Source: Chthoniobacterales bacterium (GTDB lineage Bacteria > Verrucomicrobiota > Verrucomicrobiia > Chthoniobacterales > JACTMZ01). Taken from it: 38,582 bases of DNA. Location: contig JBAXCT010000001.1 of NCBI GenBank assembly GCA_037141375.1, positions 1 through 38,582 of the forward strand, written 5' to 3'. Below, piece by piece: positions 18,063-26,796 of the stretch. Numbering within the stretch: position 1 is the stretch's first letter; the number at the start of each line of letters is the position of its first letter. The translations under genes were made by a program, and so were the position numbers. The notes beneath the pieces were generated by a model. That model was not told the DNA's origin. It worked only from the letters and a program-made list of their open reading frames with translations, and searched no databases.

Positions 18063-19889
18063 ATGACTTGGGAAATTGCCACAACTCTGGGACTGGTGTT
18101 GTTCGCGCTGGTGCAGTTTGTGCGCGAGCGCTGGCCGCTCGACTTGACCGGCTTGGTCGTTTTCTCGTTCCTGCTGTTGCTTTCGATGCTGCCCGGCAAG
18201 AGTTCGTTCCCCGAAACAGCGCAACTGTTCAAGGTTTTCGCCAATGCCGCGCCACTGACGGTGGCAGCCATGTTTGTCTTGACCTACGCTCTGGAGCGCA
18301 CTGGAGCGATCAGCAGAGCGTTGGTCGGTCTGGAGAGCTTAGGACCGCTCGGTCCAAGAGGCCTGCTGCTGGTCATGATGGCGGGCGCAGCCTTTGTGTC
18401 CGCCTTCATCAATAACACGCCGGTCGTTGTTGTCGGGTTGCCTGTCGCTATTCACCTGGCCAAGCGCGCCGGGGTTTCAGCCTCCATTTTCTTGATTCCC
18501 CTTTCTTATGCGGCGGTCTTCGGTGGATGCTGCACTCTCGTTGGTACGAGCACGAATATCTTAGGCAGCGGACTGCTGGTCGGGGCAGGCCAACCACCTC
18601 TAGGCATGTTCGAAGTCGGGGCGGTAGGCTTGCCTCTCGCACTGGTGGGCATCGCCTACACGGTGTGGTTCGCGCCGAAAATCCTTCCCGCCCGCAAGAC
18701 TCTGACCGAGGACCTCGGCGGCGAGGACGGCATCTCGGAATACGCGGTGGAGGCCACGGTGCAGGGCGGGTCGCCGGCAGTTGGCAAACTGTTGGCGGAA
18801 GCCGGGCTCGGACCTCGTTCCGGGATGCGGGTCATCGAAGTCATCAGGGACGGTGAGCCACTCTTCGCCCCCCTTGACGAAATCCGGCTCACCACGGGAG
18901 ATCAACTTGTCATCGCTGGCGCTCCGAAAGCGGTGGCCGCCATCCTCGCCATGCAGGGGGTGAACCTCAAAGCGGAATCAGGCAAAAGCGGAGAGTACCT
19001 TGCCGCGCACGAGGCGCATCTGGCTGAGGCTATTGTCGGGCCTCTTTCCGAGATCAGCGGTCGTAGCCTGCGCGATGTGAACTTCCGCCAGCGTTTCGGT
19101 CTGATCGTTCTCGCTGTCCATCGGCGTGGACTCAACCTGAGTCGTGGTTTTGAATCTGTGGCACTGCAAGCCGGCGACACCCTGCTGGTGCTCGGGAGCG
19201 ATAGCAGCATCAACCAGCTGCGCCGGAGCAGTGATTTGCTTCTCCTCGACCGCACGCGGGTTCCCACCACGGCTCAAAGGGCCGGCACACCGCTCGTTTT
19301 GTCCACCTTGGGTGCGGTCATCATTGTCAGCGCGTTCGAGTGGATGCCGATTGAGATTGCCTCGATCATCGGCTGCGTCTTTTTGATGGTCACCGGTGCG
19401 CTGAAGCCACGCGAGGCTTATAGTTCGGTGGATTGGTCGCTGATGTTCCTTATTTACACGACACTTGCCTTGGGTATGGCGATGGAGTCCACAGGTGCGG
19501 CGAACTACCTGTCGCAGCATCTTGTGGGCGGCGTTGCTAGCCTCGTCGGCGTGGCTTGGAAACCGTTGGCGCTACTTGCCGCTGTCTACGTGATGACGGT
19601 TCTCGTCACGGAAGTTCTGTCCAACAACGCCACAGTTGTCATCATGATGCCCATCGCCTTGGGTATCGCTGCTCAGCTGGGGCTCGATCCCCGACCCTAT
19701 GCGGTTGCCATCATTCTCGGATCCAGCGCAGGTTTTGCCACGCCGATCGGCTACCAGACCAACACCTTTGTTTATTCTGCGGGTGGTTACCGCTTTGGTG
19801 ACTTTTTCCGCATAGGGCTTCCGCTCAACGTGCTGTACTTCGCCGGGGCGATGCTCATCATCCCTTGGGTTTGGCCTTTCCACCGATAA
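18063..19889 (+). CDS. SLC13/DASS family permease with two internal TrkA-C (RCK_C) domains
   Basis: Track ORF trimmed to the ATG at 18063 (MTWEIATTLGLVLFALV...). Transporter repeats (FINNTPVVVV; LSNNATVVIMMPI) flank two TrkA-C-like segments (GSPAVGKLLAEAGL...VIEVIRDGE; ISGRSLRDVNFRQRFGLIVLAVHRRG). Confidence 0.85.
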   Translation: MTWEIATTLGLVLFALVQFVRERWPLDLTGLVVFSFLLLLSMLPGKSSFPETAQLFKVFANAAPLTVAAMFVLTYALERTGAISRALVGLESLGPLGPRGLLLVMMAGAAFVSAFINNTPVVVVGLPVAIHLAKRAGVSASIFLIPLSYAAVFGGCCTLVGTSTNILGSGLLVGAGQPPLGMFEVGAVGLPLALVGIAYTVWFAPKILPARKTLTEDLGGEDGISEYAVEATVQGGSPAVGKLLAEAGLGPRSGMRVIEVIRDGEPLFAPLDEIRLTTGDQLVIAGAPKAVAAILAMQGVNLKAESGKSGEYLAAHEAHLAEAIVGPLSEISGRSLRDVNFRQRFGLIVLAVHRRGLNLSRGFESVALQAGDTLLVLGSDSSINQLRRSSDLLLLDRTRVPTTAQRAGTPLVLSTLGAVIIVSAFEWMPIEIASIIGCVFLMVTGALKPREAYSSVDWSLMFLIYTTLALGMAMESTGAANYLSQHLVGGVASLVGVAWKPLALLAAVYVMTVLVTEVLSNNATVVIMMPIALGIAAQLGLDPRPYAVAIILGSSAGFATPIGYQTNTFVYSAGGYRFGDFFRIGLPLNVLYFAGAMLIIPWVWPFHR

Positions 19890-19919
19890 GAAAAAACCCG
19901 CGGAGCACCGCGGATTTTT
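19890..19919. terminator. bidirectional rho-independent terminator between convergent SLC13 and hdeD-like genes
   Basis: The sequence is gAAAAAAc-CCGCGG-agca-CCGCGG-aTTTTT. The 6-bp GC stem pairs 19898-19903 with 19908-19913 and is flanked by an A6 tract and a T5 tract, so it can terminate in both directions. Confidence 0.75.
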
Positions 19920-19940
19920 GAATCAGGCAAAAGAGGCAGA

Positions 19941-20483
19941 CTAGGAGCCTTGCTTCTTGAGAGCAGATGACATCGCGATGAAGTAGGTTCCGGTGAAGAT
20001 CATGTTGATACCGAAGAGCAGGCCGAGGAGCCATGTGGCGGAACCCGGAAAGCCGCTGAAAACCATCCAGCCAAGCACCAGCGAGACAATGCCGCTGAGC
20101 ATCATCATCCAGAAGACACCGCCGCCTACAAACCGGAAGGCGCCGATGATTGTGACGATGCCCTGCGCGGCAAAATAAGATGCCAACAGGAGAGTAAGGG
20201 TCAGAACGCCTGCGCCGATTTTGAAGACGAGAAGGAGTCCTGTCACAAGAGTAAGAATCGCCCAAAATACAGCGACAGTGCGGTGAGAGGCTCCGCTGCC
20301 CTTGCGGCCGATCCCGGCGGCCAGTGCGTAGCCGCCGGCAATGAGCAGCAGTGCGGCGAAGAATTGTTCGACCGCAATGGTCGCAAGCAGCGGAAACGTG
20401 ATGGCGCAAGCACCGAGAACAATAAGCAGGACTCCTTGAAAGAAGGTCCAGAACGATGATTTTTGATTGGAGGCTGTAGTCAT
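19941..20483 (-). CDS. HdeD/DUF308 family membrane protein
   Basis: 180 aa with six hydrophobic helices and the repeated DUF308-like pattern (GVLLIVLGACAI, LLLIAGGYAL, ...GLLFGINMIFTG). Confidence 0.75.
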   Translation of the reverse strand: MTTASNQKSSFWTFFQGVLLIVLGACAITFPLLATIAVEQFFAALLLIAGGYALAAGIGRKGSGASHRTVAVFWAILTLVTGLLLVFKIGAGVLTLTLLLASYFAAQGIVTIIGAFRFVGGGVFWMMMLSGIVSLVLGWMVFSGFPGSATWLLGLLFGINMIFTGTYFIAMSSALKKQGS

Positions 20484-20582
20484 GAAACCCCCAACTTCTC
20501 CATGAAAGGCCCCGGAGGAAAGCGCTTTTTTCCGGGGATTCGGGGTTTGTTCATGCTAAGGATAGGAATTTTCTCTGGCGAC

Positions 20583-22520
20583 ATGAGTGCGAAAAACCGA
20601 AAACACCCCACGACCCAGCGCATAAGCCTGCTGCGTCCGCGCGCCCGCCGTCGCCGCGTGCGTCGTGCGGGTGCCCGCAAACTAACACGTTTGCTTTTCG
20701 CCTGCTTTCTCCTCTGGGGCTCGATCGGGGCGTTCTACTTTGCTTGGGCTTGGACCTTCGATCTTCAGCAAGTGGGTCGCATTCCGGAAAGTTCGATGGT
20801 CATGGACTGCCATGGCCAAGTGTACACGCGGCTCTCGGGAGAAAATCGGCGCACCGTTCCCCTCTCGCAGATCAGTCCGCTCTTTGTGCGCGCGCTGATC
20901 GCCCGAGAGGACTCGCGCTTCTTCAGTCACTTTGGCATCGATCCGCTGGGAATAGCCCGGGCGGGGCTTCGTAATTTGGCAACTGGCAGCGTCCGACAAG
21001 GCGGAAGCACGCTCACTCAGCAACTGGCCCGCAACAGTTTCCCGCTCGGAGGTCAGACCATCCATCGAAAAATCTTGGAAGCCGCTCTCGCCGTTCGCAT
21101 GGAGGCAGTTTTCACCAAAGAGGAAATTCTGACCCACTACATGAACCGCACCTACTTCGGAGCCGGTTTATTCGGCGTGGAAACCGCGAGCCAAGCCTAC
21201 TTCGGCAAGTCGGCCAAGGATCTCGACCTTCCGGAAGCCGCATTGCTGGCCGGGATCATCCGAAGTCCGAACCGCCTTTCTCCGTTTCGCGACCCGAACG
21301 GTGCTCTTGAGCAGCGAAACTTGGTGGTCAAGCAAATGGAAGATGCCGGGGTGATCTCCGCTGCGGAGGCAGCGAAAGCCTGCGGGGAACCACTGCATAT
21401 CAACGCGGAAAAGCCAGCCCCGCCACAAGAGGATTGGGCAATGGAGCTGCTCTGGAAAGAGCTCGAGCACGTTCTACCCCAGGATGTGCTGGATGCCGCC
21501 GGTCTCAAAATATTCACCACGCTTGATGGCAAAATGCAGAGGGCTGCAATCGGCTCGATTGAGGAACAACTGACATCGGTCGAAGATCGTCCCCATTATC
21601 CCCATCCCCGAAGAAGGAATATCACCTACGTCGATCCGCAGAGCCGTGGCGGCACGCCCTATTTGCAGGCGGCGGCGATGGCGATCGACAACAAGACCGG
21701 CGCACTGCGCGTGCTTGTCGGTGGACGCGGCTTCGCCGAGAGCAAATATAACCGCGCTTTTTTCGCCGAGCGTCAGGTCGGTTCTGCCGTGAAACCCTTC
21801 GTTTACGCCACCGCTTTTGCCGAGGGGCTGAGCCCCGATGAACCGATCAGCGATGACCGCCTGCAACCGGGTGAACTCCCGGCGGCTTTTGCCGCATACA
21901 ATCCTTCCAACAGCGACGAGACTTATCGAGGGTTTCTTCCTGCCAAGGACGGACTGGTTCTCTCGCGAAATACCATGAGCGTGAGGATCGGGAACCGCGC
22001 CGGGTTGGATCGGGTCCGCGACTGCATACTCGCCGCCGGGCTGGCTAAAGATGTGCCGCATTTCCCGTCCATATTTCTCGGCTCGTTCAGCGGAACATTG
22101 CGAGCGTTGACTACAGCCTATGCCGCACTGGCTAACGACGGTTTAGCGCCGGTTCCGCACATTCTCGCCCGCGTGGAGGATCCGCAGGGGCGTGTCATCT
22201 ACCGCTATCGGAGCAGCCCGTCCGGACGAATTCTGCCGGCCGCCGCGGCGCGAACCACCGCCTCCGTGCTCAGGGAGACAATGACAAGAGGAACAGCAGC
22301 CATCGCCAAGGCCCTTGGCTATCTCGGCAGAGCGGGAGGAAAGACGGGCACGACCAACGACTATCGCGACGCGTGGTTCATCGGCTTCGATGATGAGACC
22401 ACTTGCGGCGTGTGGGTCGGCTTCGACCAGCCCAAACGAATCGTCGACCGCGGTTATGGGGCGACGCTCGCTTTGCCTATCTGGGTAAAAATCATGAACG
22501 CGGAAACACCGCGAAGCTAA
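20583..22520 (+). CDS. class A penicillin-binding protein (glycosyltransferase GT51 plus transpeptidase)
   Basis: Track ORF trimmed to the ATG at 20583, giving a basic cytoplasmic tail and a TM anchor. GT51 motifs are REDSRFFSHFGID and GGSTLTQQLARN. Transpeptidase motifs are SAVKPF (SxxK), SRN and KTGTT. Confidence 0.9.
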   Translation: MSAKNRKHPTTQRISLLRPRARRRRVRRAGARKLTRLLFACFLLWGSIGAFYFAWAWTFDLQQVGRIPESSMVMDCHGQVYTRLSGENRRTVPLSQISPLFVRALIAREDSRFFSHFGIDPLGIARAGLRNLATGSVRQGGSTLTQQLARNSFPLGGQTIHRKILEAALAVRMEAVFTKEEILTHYMNRTYFGAGLFGVETASQAYFGKSAKDLDLPEAALLAGIIRSPNRLSPFRDPNGALEQRNLVVKQMEDAGVISAAEAAKACGEPLHINAEKPAPPQEDWAMELLWKELEHVLPQDVLDAAGLKIFTTLDGKMQRAAIGSIEEQLTSVEDRPHYPHPRRRNITYVDPQSRGGTPYLQAAAMAIDNKTGALRVLVGGRGFAESKYNRAFFAERQVGSAVKPFVYATAFAEGLSPDEPISDDRLQPGELPAAFAAYNPSNSDETYRGFLPAKDGLVLSRNTMSVRIGNRAGLDRVRDCILAAGLAKDVPHFPSIFLGSFSGTLRALTTAYAALANDGLAPVPHILARVEDPQGRVIYRYRSSPSGRILPAAAARTTASVLRETMTRGTAAIAKALGYLGRAGGKTGTTNDYRDAWFIGFDDETTCGVWVGFDQPKRIVDRGYGATLALPIWVKIMNAETPRS

Positions 22521-23554
22521 GCCTGCGCAATACGTTGCATTTTTGTCAACACCGAGCGGGCGGCGCCGGAATCAATCGCCTCCTGCGCGCGCTGGATGCT
22601 CTCCGGCCACCCCCCGGAGAGGCCCGCGATTTGCAGGGCGGCAGCCGCGTTGACGACGACGATCTCGCGGGTTGGGCCACGCTCTTCCCCCGCAAGGATG
22701 CGCGTGATACGATGGGCATTCTCTACGGCATTCCCACCCCGCAAATCTTCCACCTTGGCTGCGGGAACGGCCATGGAATCAGGGCTGAGTTCGAATGATC
22801 TGGTTCCGCCTCGGGTCGACTCGGTGCACCGTGTGACGCCGAGGGTGGAGATTTCATCCATGACTTTTCCGCCTGCAACTCGACCATGGACGACCCAAGA
22901 GCATTCACGCCCCAGAGCGGGGAGAACAGAGGCGTAAAGAGGAAGCAGCGCCTCACTAAAAACGCCCGCCAACTGAAACCGCGGCGACGCTGGGTTAAGC
23001 AGAGGTCCGAGCATATTGAACACCGATGCATTGCCACGCCCAGCCAGGATCTTTCGCGCAGCTACCACGGCCTTGAAAGACGGGTGAAAGCGGGGAGCAA
23101 ATAAAAAAGTGGCACCACCCTCCTCAAGCATTCCGACCAACTTCTCCATGGGAAGATCCCCGGCCACTCCGAGAGCCTCCAGAACATCGGCGCCTCCGCT
23201 TTGTGATGTCATGCCCCGATTACCATGCTTCACCACGCGCACCCCGGCGCCAGCAGTAACGAACATCACGGCGGTGGAAATATTGAAAAGTCCGAGCTTG
23301 TCGCCTCCCGTGCCGCAGACGTCGATAAATCCATCGATCCCGCCGGGGACGACAAAAGGTTCTGACCTTTGCAGAAAAGTGTCTGCCAAGGCCCGAACTT
23401 CGTCCGGAGTTTCCCCCCGGTGGTGCCACGCCTGCAAAAAGTCAGCTTTTTTTTCATCGGAAATAGCGCCGGAAAGAAGTTCACCTGCGATGTCCACAAT
23501 TTCTCGGTCGCCGAATAATTTGCCGGCTTGGATCTGCTGAAGGCGGTCATCCAT
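22517..23554 (-). CDS. trpD: anthranilate phosphoribosyltransferase
   Basis: Track ORF trimmed to the ATG at 23552-23554 (MDDRLQQI...), 345 aa. It carries the signature DVCGTGGDK and the block VVKHGNRGMTSQSGGADVLEALG. It shares 1 nt with the aroD stop (TGATG) and overlaps the convergent PBP gene by 4 nt. Confidence 0.92.
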   Translation of the reverse strand: MDDRLQQIQAGKLFGDREIVDIAGELLSGAISDEKKADFLQAWHHRGETPDEVRALADTFLQRSEPFVVPGGIDGFIDVCGTGGDKLGLFNISTAVMFVTAGAGVRVVKHGNRGMTSQSGGADVLEALGVAGDLPMEKLVGMLEEGGATFLFAPRFHPSFKAVVAARKILAGRGNASVFNMLGPLLNPASPRFQLAGVFSEALLPLYASVLPALGRECSWVVHGRVAGGKVMDEISTLGVTRCTESTRGGTRSFELSPDSMAVPAAKVEDLRGGNAVENAHRITRILAGEERGPTREIVVVNAAAALQIAGLSGGWPESIQRAQEAIDSGAARSVLTKMQRIAQA

Positions 23555-24243
23555 CACATGACCTCCTGCAGTCGCCGTGCGACATCTTCGACCGGCCATT
23601 GCCCGTCAACTTGCGGCCGGTCAAGATAGCCATACACGAGGGCAGAACCGGCCGCCGGCAGCACTAGGCGGGAGACTTTCCCTAGTTGCCCCATTCCCAT
23701 GGTCGCGACGCCTTGTTCCGATGTGGCTTGTACAAAAAGCAGCGTGGCCAAATCGGCTGGTCCGAGTAACTGCGTGGCCAGCTTGACGATATCTGCGCCA
23801 AGCTTTTTCCCATCCTTGATCATGCGCAGGAGGACACGGGGGTCGGGCGTGGTTCTAAAATTATGGAAAGAAAGAATCTGTTTGATCCCGCGATGCCTGG
23901 CCTCCAAGAGGACGTTGTTGAACGCTTTTGCGCTGCGGATTTCCACATCAACCATAGCAGCCAAGGGGAGAAAACGTTGCAGCAAGAATCTCCGGTGCGC
24001 CATGGGAACTCCTTTGGCGCCTCCCTCCGCAGGATGACGGGCGGTCAAGAGAATCGGCCGCCTGATTGCGGGCAAAGCCGCCGCTACGGTGCTCTCCTGC
24101 GCGGCGAGTTGATCAAGTCGGATCTCCACGTAGTCCACGTCATCGTGCGGAGCCAGCTCCGCCGCCAGGCGCAAACCTCGGACGGTGTGCGCCGTCGCGA
24201 CCACCGCGCAGCTTGAACCAATTGGCTTTTGCTTCTGTTTCAT
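23554..24243 (-). CDS. aroD: type I 3-dehydroquinate dehydratase
   Basis: 229 aa. Type I DHQase pattern: DYVEIRLD, SFHNFRTTPD, the Schiff-base lysine context GADIVKLA, and MGMGQLGKVSRLV. Confidence 0.85.
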   Translation of the reverse strand: MKQKQKPIGSSCAVVATAHTVRGLRLAAELAPHDDVDYVEIRLDQLAAQESTVAAALPAIRRPILLTARHPAEGGAKGVPMAHRRFLLQRFLPLAAMVDVEIRSAKAFNNVLLEARHRGIKQILSFHNFRTTPDPRVLLRMIKDGKKLGADIVKLATQLLGPADLATLLFVQATSEQGVATMGMGQLGKVSRLVLPAAGSALVYGYLDRPQVDGQWPVEDVARRLQEVM

Positions 24244-24313
24244 GCAAAACTACTGTCTAGATATAGGATCACGGTTACCTATGCCACGCTGAACTCACCG
24301 CCGAATTGTTTCC

Positions 24314-25705
24314 ATGATCTCCCGAAAGCAGGAACTCTCACTGCAGATAAACCAAGTCGCGGATGGGCTGCTGCTCATCCTCTCCCTTTACATCGGCTAT
24401 GCGCTGCGTCGCTACCAGATCATAGACTTCGACATTCTTCCGGCGATTCCTCCCATAGAGGATTTTTTCTGGATGTTTCTTGTCATCGGTTTATTCGGGC
24501 CCCTTCTCCTCGAGATGCAGGGATTCTACCAGTATCCATTGGAAAAGTCTCTGGCCCGGTCATTCCGTCAAATCGCCTACGCAGGCGTCTGGCTGGGTTT
24601 GCTGCTTGGTGCGTGCGTTGTCTTTCTAAGACTGGGCATTCCCAGTCGCTCCGCCTTCCTTTTGTTCATCGCGATTGCACCAATGTGCCTCCTGCTGCGT
24701 GAGGCCGTATACCGCGACAATTATCTTCGATCCTTGCGAGGGGGGGCGCAGGGAGAAACGGTCATTCTGGCCGGCGTCCATGACAGCATGGACCAGTTGC
24801 TCTCTTCGCTTTCGCCTGTGCAGAGACTTGAGATAGATGTGGTGGCAAGAATTGACCTCCTCTGCCAAGACGTGCAAGACTTGGTTGCGGTGATTCACCA
24901 GCACAATGTAGGTCGCGTCATTTTCGCTTTCGGTGCGCAGTCCCCCGCAAACCTGCAAACGGCGATCGCCGCATGCGAAACAGAGGGCATCGAAGCATGG
25001 ATCGCCGCAAATTTCGTCCGTACTTCTATTGCACGACCGGCTTACGACACGCTTGGCCCGATACCCATGCTGGTCCTGCGCGTCACGCCGGAGTTGTCGT
25101 GGGCAATACTTCTCAAAGCAATCATGGATCGTGTCGGATCGTTTTTCGGGCTGCTATTGCTTACGCCATTGTTTGTACTCGTCGCGCTGTCAATCAAGAT
25201 CACATCGCCCGGCCCTGTCATTTTCAAGCAAAGGCGGGCCGGGCGATACGGAAAACCCTTCACTATGTACAAGTTTCGCTCCATGCGGTTGGGCGCGGAA
25301 ACCGAGAAGGACGCCTTGCGAGAACTCAACGAAATGAGCGGGCCCGTTTTCAAAGTCGCAGGCGATCCGCGAGTCACTCCGCTCGGCCGCTGGCTTCGCC
25401 GCACAAGCATCGACGAGTTTCCCCAATTGCTCAACGTCCTGCTCGGGCAGATGAGTCTGGTGGGGCCACGCCCCCTCCCCCTCTATGAGGTCAATAATTT
25501 TGAACTCACGGCCCATCGTCGACGCCTCAGCATGAAACCCGGATTGACCTGCCTATGGCAAATTAGAGGGCGCAATACAGTCAAGGATTTCAATGATTGG
25601 GTGAAGCTGGATGTAGAGTATATCGACAACTGGTCTCTTGCTTTGGACTTGCGAATTCTCCTGCGGACCCTGCCGGCGGTTCTCCTCGGCCAAGGCGCGA
25701 GGTGA
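24314..25705 (+). CDS. polyprenyl-phosphate glycosyl-1-phosphate transferase (WbaP/WcaJ-like bacterial sugar transferase)
   Basis: 463 aa. N-terminal TM helices are followed by a central Rossmann-like region and a C-terminal sugar-transferase domain (ITSPGPVIFKQRRAGRYGKPFTMYKFRSM, DEFPQLLNVLLGQMSLVGPRP). Confidence 0.88.
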   Translation: MISRKQELSLQINQVADGLLLILSLYIGYALRRYQIIDFDILPAIPPIEDFFWMFLVIGLFGPLLLEMQGFYQYPLEKSLARSFRQIAYAGVWLGLLLGACVVFLRLGIPSRSAFLLFIAIAPMCLLLREAVYRDNYLRSLRGGAQGETVILAGVHDSMDQLLSSLSPVQRLEIDVVARIDLLCQDVQDLVAVIHQHNVGRVIFAFGAQSPANLQTAIAACETEGIEAWIAANFVRTSIARPAYDTLGPIPMLVLRVTPELSWAILLKAIMDRVGSFFGLLLLTPLFVLVALSIKITSPGPVIFKQRRAGRYGKPFTMYKFRSMRLGAETEKDALRELNEMSGPVFKVAGDPRVTPLGRWLRRTSIDEFPQLLNVLLGQMSLVGPRPLPLYEVNNFELTAHRRRLSMKPGLTCLWQIRGRNTVKDFNDWVKLDVEYIDNWSLALDLRILLRTLPAVLLGQGAR

Positions 25706-25983
25706 TCGTCATTTGTGACAACGAAGAGCAGGCGCATTTATTCTTGGCAACCACCCCTCCGCCTTCGGCCCCGGACAGGCTTGCGAGGAGGTCAAAATCT
25801 CTGCCCCCGCTTCCGCGTCTTGCGCTCCGGACGGCTTTCAGCTTCCCCGTACTTGGTGGCTGCGCGCATCGGGCCGCTGGAAAGCTTGATTGCCGCTACG
25901 GCTAATCTGCGTGAAATTGCCAGCAAATAATTTGCGCAACGGACCAGAGACGCATTGCATCCGGCGGGGAAATTGTCTACTCT

Positions 25984-26012
25984 TTGACTGTCGATGGGCT
26001 GCGCTTTCTACT
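25984..26012 (+). promoter_or_regulatory. candidate sigma70-type promoter for the pilus-like cluster
   Basis: TTGACT at 25984-25989, a 17-nt spacer, then TCTACT at 26007-26012. The site is about 135 nt upstream of the ATG at 26149. This is a motif match only and I did not survey other candidates exhaustively. Confidence 0.15.
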
Positions 26013-26148
26013 GCCTCGAACTTCTCACCGCAAGCGGAGGTTAGGCTTGGGATCAGCGGCTTCTCCTCGGTCATGACAAAACAAATGCCATCAAAAAACT
26101 TTGGCGGTTGATCCAAGGCCAGCCGTTCACAATTCTCATCCCACCAAT

Positions 26149-26766
26149 ATGAACAAAACGTTAATCGCCCTTGCTCTCCTCGCGACAGCACTTGCAGTCC
26201 AGGCTCAGCAGTTGAACACCGATTTCAAAATAACAAAAATTACTCCAGATCTTGTCACGACCGCCGATTACACTTTCAGCTACGGCCCCAAGAATAAAAA
26301 AGTCGCGAAGAACAAGGAATTTCTTGAGGTGGAGGTGTCTTTCGATTGGCAGCCAAAAGCCCAAGATCCAGCTTACTTGGATGACCTCACGATCAACTAC
26401 TACGTACTTCTCAGCAATAAGAGCAAAGAGTATCCTAAGGGAGCGCTTCTAATCGGTTCCGTAACCCACAGCGCCATTCCTCAGGGGAAAGACATGCACT
26501 CTGTCGTGTATGTCAGTCCGCGCACTTTAGAGCGTTTTTTTGACGGCAAGGCCCCCACCTCTGCGGCGACTGCTGTTGTGGATGTTGGTGTGACGATCAC
26601 CAAGCAGGGTGCGACGGTTGCCGAAGGAAGTTGGAAGGGTCGGGGTCAGTGGTGGACCGCTCTCCCTCAGGTGCCTGGCTACGTTCTTAACAAAAACCAA
26701 ACGCCATTCGCCCCGCTGGCTTGGGATTACTACGAGGCGATCAAATCCGGACCAGCCGGGATGTAA
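26149..26766 (+). CDS. secreted protein of unknown function, first gene of the pilus-like cluster (Amuc_1102 position)
   Basis: Track ORF (TTG at 26101) trimmed to the ATG at 26149, giving the signal peptide MNKTLIALALLATALAVQA|QQ and 205 aa. It is beta-rich and Lys-rich. I recognised no family from sequence; the assignment rests on synteny. Confidence 0.7.
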   Translation: MNKTLIALALLATALAVQAQQLNTDFKITKITPDLVTTADYTFSYGPKNKKVAKNKEFLEVEVSFDWQPKAQDPAYLDDLTINYYVLLSNKSKEYPKGALLIGSVTHSAIPQGKDMHSVVYVSPRTLERFFDGKAPTSAATAVVDVGVTITKQGATVAEGSWKGRGQWWTALPQVPGYVLNKNQTPFAPLAWDYYEAIKSGPAGM

Positions 26767-26796
26767 CCGCATCCTCCTCGGACATCCTCTGCTATC

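Noticed and set aside
20510-20537. CCCCGGA-N14-TCCGGGG hairpin in the divergent hdeD-like/PBP intergenic region
   Set aside because: The T-run lies inside the loop rather than after the stem, so it is not a terminator in either direction. I have no comparative evidence for a regulatory role, so I am only noting it.
25838-26191. Minus-strand 117-aa ORF (or an internal 78-aa version starting MTEEKPLIPS...) in the 443-nt gap
   Set aside because: It overlaps the well-supported start and signal peptide of 26149..26766. Codon bias decays after the first ~20 codons and I recognised no motif. I cannot exclude a small protein without expression data.
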